Positions 57,136 through 64,000 of a stretch of 64,000 nucleotides of DNA are shown here, piece after piece. Origin of the DNA: a virus; IMG/VR virus record IMGVR_UViG_3300022921_001386. One strand, given 5' to 3'. The notes beneath the pieces are model-generated. The model was given only the letters and a program-made list of their open reading frames with translations, had not been told where the DNA came from and did no database searches. The position numbers were made by a program, and so were the translations under genes. The stretch's first letter is position 1. The number at the start of each line of letters is the position of its first letter.

Positions 57136-58273
57136 CTAATACTCCTATGTCTATGTGATTATTTAATACGTTTAATAGTTTGTCTGTTTGCATACTCTTA
57201 GGAGCACATAATCCACATCCACATGTTTGCTTTGGACAAACAATAGTAGGCATTGTTCCAGTTTGCATTTGTTTTCTCAAATCATCTACTAGTTTTTTAC
57301 CTTCACTTATTTTTCCTATTGCGCCGCGTGTGCCATTAAACTTTGCTTGACATGTTTGATGATGAAATACTTGGTCAGTTTGTTGTTCTAAATGCAAGAA
57401 GAACCAGTTAACACTGCATTTCCACCCTTTGAACTCTCTAAAATCTACAAATGTACTTTTACGTTTTTCTGTGCCGCTGTGTAACATCATGTCTCTACTA
57501 CCACAACAAGGACGTCCTATACTACTTCCTAGTTTTTTTGCATTTTTTACAACATCACCTACTGCACTACTAGCATATAGTGCATCATTTTTTTGCCTCC
57601 AATAGTTTTTCATCCACGCTAGTTGTTCTTCATTGTACTGATGAGCAAAGCTAGGTTTGCTATCTGGCTCTTCGCCAATAACTCGCGGAACAAAATCAAC
57701 ACCATGCTGTTGTAAAAACTCGCATAGCTCTTTGCACTCATCAAAATATTCTGCGTGAAACATAACATTTACACTAACTGTACACTCGTACATATCACCT
57801 TGATAATGCAACTGTAATATTCTATCTTTTACTTGCTGTTTGAGTTTGCCATCGCTTTCACTGTGATAGCTGATAGTAGCATGACAGAAGTTTTCCATTA
57901 TTGCTTGGCCCATTTTTTCACTAAATGCGCCATTGCTTGTAAGAGCAAAATCAGCTATCCACTTGTCTTGATATTTTGCTTCGTATTCTTCTTTTAGATA
58001 TTTTGCAAAAGGAATAAAATGTGGATTAACTGTGGGCTCGCCGCCTGTAAATCCTACATTTGCTTCTTTGAAGTTGCGATGCTCCATGTATACATCAATG
58101 TATTCAAACAGAAAATCTACGTTGGCTTTTAGTTCATCTAACGTAGCATGTTTACTAAAGTTGTCGTGCCTGTGGATTGGGCAATAACTACAATCATAGT
58201 TGCACCGTCTTCCAAGATCCCATGTTACTTGAAACAACTTTCCAGTTAACAAATCAATAGTATCAAAACTCAT
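57119..58273 (-). CDS. Radical SAM protein (WDLGRRC subtype), paralog of 50636
   Basis: WDLGRRCNYDCSYC, TGGEPT, RPCCG, HQTC, CPKQTCGCGLC. Confidence 0.9.
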   Translation of the reverse strand: MSFDTIDLLTGKLFQVTWDLGRRCNYDCSYCPIHRHDNFSKHATLDELKANVDFLFEYIDVYMEHRNFKEANVGFTGGEPTVNPHFIPFAKYLKEEYEAKYQDKWIADFALTSNGAFSEKMGQAIMENFCHATISYHSESDGKLKQQVKDRILQLHYQGDMYECTVSVNVMFHAEYFDECKELCEFLQQHGVDFVPRVIGEEPDSKPSFAHQYNEEQLAWMKNYWRQKNDALYASSAVGDVVKNAKKLGSSIGRPCCGSRDMMLHSGTEKRKSTFVDFREFKGWKCSVNWFFLHLEQQTDQVFHHQTCQAKFNGTRGAIGKISEGKKLVDDLRKQMQTGTMPTIVCPKQTCGCGLCAPKSMQTDKLLNVLNNHIDIGVLDDHNG

Positions 58274-59096
58274 TTATTTCCTCAATGACAGATTTTACTT
58301 GTTTGTCTGCCCAATCTCTTTCTTCACACCACCAACACTGTTTGCATTCTGGTATATACATTCCTGCATTGTAATCTCTAAAATGCCCGCAAGACTCTTT
58401 TATATTTTCCATATGATTTATATCGCCTTCACAACTACGTGTTGTGTTGTACAAATCTAATATATTATGTATGTGGTATTGTGCTACAATCCAATCTTTT
58501 TTTACAAATCTAAAAGGATGGACAAATGTTGATTTTACTTTTCCGCTGTAAAACCATAAATCAGTTAGTTGTCCATCTTCGGCATCTTTGTCTCTATTGG
58601 TCATACGGTCTTCACGCAAGTCATCTGGATTCTTACTTGTAGCATTATATACTGCATCCAAGTTGTATTCCCATGCTGCAAACTTGTTGTAACTTCCTAC
58701 TATAATCTGATCGCCACTCTTGCCGTTGATACTTGCTCCTATTACACCGTGTTCTATTTCAGGCGGAATATATGTTGTGTATCTATTTTCAATAATATAA
58801 GGAAACATGTCTTTTAGTTTGTCAAATACTTGTAAACTAATATAGCCTTGCCAAGGTCTTGTTTCCCAACAACGTTGGTATGTAATAACATCTACTTTTG
58901 TAGTTAGATTGTTGCGTTGTATGATTGTACACAATAAATATGTTAGCAATGCACTATCGGCACCACCAGAAAGATTAATGCCAATACGCTGCCATTTTTC
59001 ATCAAACGGAATAGTTAACTTACTAAAAGTTGTAAGCAGTATATCATTAGAAATATTTTTATATAACGAGTTGTTTGTATCAAACATTTCGTACAA
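58263..59096 (-). CDS. QueC-like PP-loop ATPase, paralog of 51882
   Basis: LSGGADS; TRSCE...CKQCWWCEER. Confidence 0.8.
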   Translation of the reverse strand: MYEMFDTNNSLYKNISNDILLTTFSKLTIPFDEKWQRIGINLSGGADSALLTYLLCTIIQRNNLTTKVDVITYQRCWETRPWQGYISLQVFDKLKDMFPYIIENRYTTYIPPEIEHGVIGASINGKSGDQIIVGSYNKFAAWEYNLDAVYNATSKNPDDLREDRMTNRDKDAEDGQLTDLWFYSGKVKSTFVHPFRFVKKDWIVAQYHIHNILDLYNTTRSCEGDINHMENIKESCGHFRDYNAGMYIPECKQCWWCEERDWADKQVKSVIEEINEF

Positions 59097-60414
59097 CTTC
59101 TCCGTTTACAAACTTGTAGTTTTCAATATGTTCATTGAAATCTTGTTTCCATATTTTATCTGTTTTTTCGATATACTTCATAAAATCAGTCCAATCAGAT
59201 TTTTTTGCATCGTAGTTTAGAATATATTTCCTTATGTATTCAAGCCCGGCAACTGCACTGGTGATATCTTGCCACATGTCATAGGGCTTTTCTATTCCAA
59301 CAGTAAAATGACTTTTTAACATCCTAGACGAATCTACGTTCTCTCTTCTTTTTTTGTCTACACCAAATATAGCATTACGTGTTTCTTCGATATCATTTAA
59401 TATAGAATTTCTATGCTTCAACAACATCACACTTGGATTTAGATAATCAGGTGTATACACTATACTAACATTAATATAGTTGATGTCAAGTTCTAAAAAA
59501 CTAAGAAATGAATCTTTTATTTCCATAAGCTGATATGTTCCTGTAGTATAGACTACATTAATGTCGCAATGATTATTGTCAACTTGTTTAAAACGATTTA
59601 TATTTTCTTTTAGCTTTTGCCAATCACCTTGTCTAAAATATGGATATAGTCTAGGACCTGCATCTAAACTTATTTGAATGTTTACATCACCAAATAAGTT
59701 TAATAATCTGCTCAACTCAACTGCATCAAAGTCTGCATTGAAGTTGCTATGAAAAATGATTTTCATATTTTCAGCGTTGGGATGATCGCCAAGTTTAGCT
59801 AATGTAGGAAAGAACTGTTTTTGGTACAACACTTCGCCGCCGGCAAAATCTACTCTTTCAAGGTTTGGAAAGTTGGTGTTAAGATCTTCAACTATTTCTA
59901 AAGCACGAGCTGTGCTAATACTTATAGTGTAATCATCATCTGCATCCTGTCGATGCATTTGTCCAGTTAGCTGTATTAGATTGTGTTTATAATCTTCGTC
60001 GTCAGGTGTGTATTTTTTTAACTTGGACATCCAACCGCTGCTGAATACTTGACTACAATGCAAACAACTCATATTACAACTATGACTGAAACGCATTTCG
60101 ATTGTTTTCAATCCTTCAAATGCTGTTTCACCAGTTTCGTGATTATAATATTGTAAATCAACACCTTGTTCTTGACGCATACTCTTGCCTGCATTTGCTT
60201 GTTCAACATGCTCGCACATATTACAACCTTTGCACCAAGTTCCGCTCATTAGTTTTTTACGATGATTTTTAAAGTTTTCATTATTGAAAAACTTGCTTGG
60301 CAGGTATTCCTCATCTAGCATTTGAAACTTTTCGTGTTGTGTAGGACAACTGGTTACAAATCCATTTTTAAAGTTGATTCCGCTTATAGCATAATAGCAA
60401 TCTAAACTAGCCAA
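59080..60414 (-). CDS. Radical SAM protein with N-terminal twitch-like domain
   Basis: TTG start; CNMC...SMR; CNMSCLHC; AGGEV. Confidence 0.88.
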   Translation of the reverse strand: MASLDCYYAISGINFKNGFVTSCPTQHEKFQMLDEEYLPSKFFNNENFKNHRKKLMSGTWCKGCNMCEHVEQANAGKSMRQEQGVDLQYYNHETGETAFEGLKTIEMRFSHSCNMSCLHCSQVFSSGWMSKLKKYTPDDEDYKHNLIQLTGQMHRQDADDDYTISISTARALEIVEDLNTNFPNLERVDFAGGEVLYQKQFFPTLAKLGDHPNAENMKIIFHSNFNADFDAVELSRLLNLFGDVNIQISLDAGPRLYPYFRQGDWQKLKENINRFKQVDNNHCDINVVYTTGTYQLMEIKDSFLSFLELDINYINVSIVYTPDYLNPSVMLLKHRNSILNDIEETRNAIFGVDKKRRENVDSSRMLKSHFTVGIEKPYDMWQDITSAVAGLEYIRKYILNYDAKKSDWTDFMKYIEKTDKIWKQDFNEHIENYKFVNGEVVRNV

Positions 60415-61282
60415 TGATTTTCTCCCATAGACTTTGCTTTGATATATCTAACAAAAATCCTTGTGCATTATTTTTACCCCATTCTTTTTCTTGACAGAAA
60501 AAACAGGTTCCGCATTCTGGAGGATATTTTGTTTTATAATCTTTTTCTATTTCAACTAAACTAATTTCGCAACTTCGTGTTAACTTTAATAAATCATCTA
60601 GTCTATAGTTAATGTACTGTGCCATTGTATAGTTTTTTCTAAGAAGTCCAAATGGATTAATGCAGGACCCTGTAATAACCCAATCCCAGTTATCCTTAAC
60701 AACTGTTTCATCTCGAAACTCAGGAGCCTGATCATTGTCTATTGGGGGATTCATAGTTGTTCCGCTATATACCCATTCGTAGTTATAAGATTTTATTAAA
60801 TATTCCTGATAACTATGTGTTATTAACACATCGCATTTTGCCATTGAAGGTAATGTCAAGTTGGGTAGATTTAGATTTTTTAAAGGCACAGTTTCAAATT
60901 CGTGTGGCAAGAATCCCCAATGCTGCATACCAATGATATTTGGAAACTGTTTTTTTAGATATCCGAATGCATCTTCTGCCATTGGTTTTAGCCAAGGCTT
61001 TTGTTCCCAAAAACGTACCATTGTATATACATCTATTTTTGTTTTGAGGTTTTCTCTTTTAATAAGTGTACACAACATATAAAGTAATAAACTACTGTCG
61101 GCGCCGCCGCTAAATGCTACTAATATTTTTTTTGCATGGTTATCAAGATGTATAGGCAGACCGTTTATCCTGTATACATTAGGATATCTGCGAGGGTATT
61201 GCGTTTTTTCATACTGCTCAATAAAATCTTGTTTTTTATAATGCAGTTCTAAGTAATCTAAATACTTAAAATCATCCATCAA
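60407..61282 (-). CDS. QueC-like PP-loop ATPase
   Basis: FSGGADS; TRSCE...CGTCFFCQEK. Confidence 0.8.
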   Translation of the reverse strand: MMDDFKYLDYLELHYKKQDFIEQYEKTQYPRRYPNVYRINGLPIHLDNHAKKILVAFSGGADSSLLLYMLCTLIKRENLKTKIDVYTMVRFWEQKPWLKPMAEDAFGYLKKQFPNIIGMQHWGFLPHEFETVPLKNLNLPNLTLPSMAKCDVLITHSYQEYLIKSYNYEWVYSGTTMNPPIDNDQAPEFRDETVVKDNWDWVITGSCINPFGLLRKNYTMAQYINYRLDDLLKLTRSCEISLVEIEKDYKTKYPPECGTCFFCQEKEWGKNNAQGFLLDISKQSLWEKIIG

Positions 61283-62669
61283 AAATATCTTTCATCTCAG
61301 GGAATGTTTTAGCAAATGTAATACCACGTTGTTTGTCGCATAGGTTTATAAACTCTTGCATTTCCGGCAAGCGTCTGCTCCAGTCCTCTGATTCCATAAA
61401 CTGTAGCATACCTTTAAGACGTTTTATACCATAGGGCGCTGCATCAAACATTGCTTTAGTTACTTTGCCCTTGTGCCAGCTAGGTATGCCAAGTTCCCAG
61501 TTAGCTTCCCACCAAGGATAAAACTCTTCGTACTTTTTGCGTACTTCTGCTTTGAACCATTCTGGCAATACTTTAACATTTAGGTGCGGTGGATGGTATA
61601 CAAAGTGATAGTTTACTCCGCCTGCACCGAATGGCCACATATTAATCTTTTTAAATTTTTGTTCTAGTTTCCAACGAATAAAATCTGGTATGTAATATAT
61701 GTTTAATGCTTGTACTGCACATGCTACAGTGATTTCTACATTGTTACTTGTTTCGTTGTCAAGTATATGAAATACTTCTTCTTGACGTTTCCAGTTACTT
61801 GGATAACGAATATAGTCATTCATCTCGTGTATACTATCTATTGAGTAATGAAAACGAACTACTTTAAACTCTTTCCATAGGTCAAACAAATCATCACGCC
61901 ATTCAACGCCATTTGAGTTGTAGCGTAGTTCTAGATCTTTTGCATAGCCCATTTTAATAGCATGTTCAAGTATTTCGTAATGTTCTTCAATAATAAGACT
62001 TTCGCCGCCGGCAAAATAAATCTGTTGCATACTACCCATTTGATCATAGAACTGTTGCCAAAATACAGGATTTTGTTTGTGCCAGTTGTAGCTACTACCA
62101 TTGGTGCTACCTTTGTCTTGCCACTGCATTGTCTCTTTGAGACTTTCGTTTTTTACTTCAGGAAAGATTGATTTATAATCTTTAATCCAGCCACTACTAT
62201 CATGCGGACTACACATAACACAAGCAAGCTGACATTTGGTGCCAAAGCGTAAATCAATGTATGCTAAGTTAGGCGGTACTTCGCCATCTTCTGTAGTATC
62301 AGCAATCAGTTTGTCAACATCAGTACGCTGACTCCAATATGCTGTTTCCCACATACGTTTGCTATTATGTCCTGCTGCTTCTTCTCTGTAGCACTTTAAA
62401 CAACTTGGAGGCTTTTCGCCATTCATCATCTGCTTGCGTACATTTTTCATATACTTGCTGTTCCACGCAGTTTGAAAATCTGTTACATTTAGGTTGTTTG
62501 GTTTGCCGTCATCTGTTTTAAGAATGCCAACTTGGCCGCCATGCTCTTTATCATTAGTAGCACCTACACTACTAGCGTTTGCTGTACAGCATACTCTCAT
62601 ACTGCCATCTGGTCTTGTACTTAGGTGTACCCACGGAAGAATACAAAAGGTGTCACTTACTTTGCTCAT
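61272..62669 (-). CDS. Radical SAM protein with N-terminal twitch-like domain
   Basis: CILPW, VCC, CLKC; CQLACVMC; AGGES; SIDS. Confidence 0.9.
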   Translation of the reverse strand: MSKVSDTFCILPWVHLSTRPDGSMRVCCTANASSVGATNDKEHGGQVGILKTDDGKPNNLNVTDFQTAWNSKYMKNVRKQMMNGEKPPSCLKCYREEAAGHNSKRMWETAYWSQRTDVDKLIADTTEDGEVPPNLAYIDLRFGTKCQLACVMCSPHDSSGWIKDYKSIFPEVKNESLKETMQWQDKGSTNGSSYNWHKQNPVFWQQFYDQMGSMQQIYFAGGESLIIEEHYEILEHAIKMGYAKDLELRYNSNGVEWRDDLFDLWKEFKVVRFHYSIDSIHEMNDYIRYPSNWKRQEEVFHILDNETSNNVEITVACAVQALNIYYIPDFIRWKLEQKFKKINMWPFGAGGVNYHFVYHPPHLNVKVLPEWFKAEVRKKYEEFYPWWEANWELGIPSWHKGKVTKAMFDAAPYGIKRLKGMLQFMESEDWSRRLPEMQEFINLCDKQRGITFAKTFPEMKDIFDG

Positions 62670-63730
62670 ACTGTACTTATGCCTTTATCTGCGTAGTTTA
62701 TTTCATTATGATATGCTTTATTTTTTGCACATGTTCTAATACATCTACTGAGATGTAATGGATGATTTGGTTGCCAACTTGCTGTTAATAAATCTTTATA
62801 CCAAGGGTGTTGCATTATTTCTTCTTTGCTGTGTAACAGTAAACTATTCCAGCCAGGTTCAAATCTGTTTAGTTTCTGCATTATATCTTCTCTGTTTTTA
62901 AATGCACTATCCCATAGAAAACAACACGGCCACATAGTTTGATCACTTGCTATAAATATTTCACCTTCATGGATATACTTACATATAATACTGTCAACTA
63001 CTTCTTTAGTTTTTTCGGCATCAGCTTTATGAGATTTATACTCAGTAATAAACTTATCCAAGTCTTTCATTATATCTTTTTTACTATGCTCTTTACTGCC
63101 TGTGGTTGTAATAACTTTTTGTTCCGTTTGTTTTTTAGTTTTTATTTTTGCAACCCAATCGTGATAACTATTACGCATTCCAGTACGTGTAGCAAAATCA
63201 AATCCTAATACTGCGGCATGTGCTCTAGCAGTAACTAGTTCTTGCTCATTGTGATCAAAAACTATGTAGATCCATGTAGCATGACGTTGTGGTGCTGCTT
63301 CAGAAAATGCTATAATGTTGCGTTCTACAACACTCCATTTGGTGTTTACCCTATATATATGATTGGTGTTTTTGTGTCCGTCAATACAAAAATGTATATG
63401 CAACTTTCCTATATAAGTTGATGCAAGATCGCCTAGTTGTTTCCACCATGCTGCGGTATTATATCCACCGTTGGTACTATACTCACAATATGCACCTTGG
63501 CTAAGAAGGTATTCTGTCATAGCCAAACAATCAGGATTAACAATAGGATCTCCAAGAACTCCGCAAAACTTGAACTCTACTCCATTGTAATCTGCAGGAG
63601 GAAAAATACGTTGCAAATCTTGCAACGTAAATGCGTTTATTTGCAACAATTCTTTGTTGAGTGTTCTTGCACACCCTGGACAAGCTGCATTACAATCGCT
63701 GGTTATTTCTAGTTCGACTTTTTTAATCAT
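62666..63730 (-). CDS. Radical SAM protein with C-terminal SPASM/twitch domain
   Basis: Start re-assigned to MIKKVELE; CNAACPGC; GDP; STNG; PCC...CIRTC. Confidence 0.9.
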   Translation of the reverse strand: MIKKVELEITSDCNAACPGCARTLNKELLQINAFTLQDLQRIFPPADYNGVEFKFCGVLGDPIVNPDCLAMTEYLLSQGAYCEYSTNGGYNTAAWWKQLGDLASTYIGKLHIHFCIDGHKNTNHIYRVNTKWSVVERNIIAFSEAAPQRHATWIYIVFDHNEQELVTARAHAAVLGFDFATRTGMRNSYHDWVAKIKTKKQTEQKVITTTGSKEHSKKDIMKDLDKFITEYKSHKADAEKTKEVVDSIICKYIHEGEIFIASDQTMWPCCFLWDSAFKNREDIMQKLNRFEPGWNSLLLHSKEEIMQHPWYKDLLTASWQPNHPLHLSRCIRTCAKNKAYHNEINYADKGISTV

Positions 63731-64000
63731 ATTAAATCCACTAACTCTGGAAAGGTTTCTACAAAGTCGGTGTTCCTTTTTTGATCCCACATTTCTATTG
63801 TTTTTTTAAAGTTACGACGAAGGTTAGGATTATCATCTCTAATGTGTAGATAATCAAACAATCGATGATTTTTTTGTAGTTGTTGTAGTTTGTTGTTTGC
63901 AACGTTTATTTGTTGATCATTTAGTAGTACTGGAGTATATGCAGTTGGACCGTGCCACGGTAATAACATCCAGTTGTTCATATCAATGTCATTGTCAATA
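63727..64000 (-). CDS. C-terminal part of a probable further radical SAM protein (truncated by the window edge)
   Basis: Ends WDQKRNTDFVETFPEL, like the D..R...F...FPE C-termini of neighbouring rSAM genes. Confidence 0.6.
   Translation of the reverse strand, partial: IDNDIDMNNWMLLPWHGPTAYTPVLLNDQQINVANNKLQQLQKNHRLFDYLHIRDDNPNLRRNFKKTIEMWDQKRNTDFVETFPELVDLI

Noticed and set aside
40567-61282. Naming the PP-loop genes queC and inferring dPreQ0 or archaeosine DNA
   Set aside because: They are divergent, multi-copy and unlinked to folE/queE; no arcS or queF is visible
1-64000. Stop-codon reassignment, as seen in some large phages
   Set aside because: Recognisable genes are full length in the standard code and coding density is high
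1-64000. tRNA, rRNA or CRISPR arrays
   Set aside because: Intergenic gaps are short; I saw no cloverleaf or regularly spaced repeats (by eye; tRNAscan and CRISPR finders not run)
40030-64000. Calling the cluster a RiPP locus
   Set aside because: No convincing precursor peptide, RRE/PqqD domain or exporter within the window; it remains one of several possibilities

Overview
A gene-dense 64-kb segment of a large T4-like (jumbo-type) dsDNA bacteriophage, read in the standard code. No tRNA, rRNA, CRISPR array or transposase was seen. The + strand (1-40005) carries, in order: (1) small putative internal head proteins and an 887-aa protein with peptidoglycan-binding-like and annexin-like repeats; (2) the replication core (family B DNA polymerase, sliding clamp, RNase H/5'-3' exonuclease) interleaved with nucleotide-sugar enzymes; (3) a 7-deazaguanine DNA-modification pathway (DpdA/TGT-like, DpdL/QueD-like, FolE, QueE) with a glycosyltransferase and GalE embedded in it; (4) an oxygenase/radical SAM/PLP/amidinotransferase cassette, MetK and a MoxR-VWA pair; (5) a tail fibre and a large subtilase. 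The - strand (40030-64000, continuing past the window edge) is one roughly 24-kb enzyme operon that resembles a natural-product gene cluster. It has 11 complete radical SAM genes plus one partial, four divergent QueC-like PP-loop ATPases, a cytochrome P450, a flavin-dependent halogenase, a minimal adenylate-forming enzyme, a methyltransferase, GNAT-like and SDR proteins, and two DUF6356-like genes. The best candidates for undescribed systems are this cluster (with its duplicated rSAM-QueC-rSAM module), a possibly glycosylated 7-deazaguanine DNA hypermodification, and a compact pseudoknot-like RNA element upstream of folE. All family calls come from motif recognition by eye; no database searches were run.
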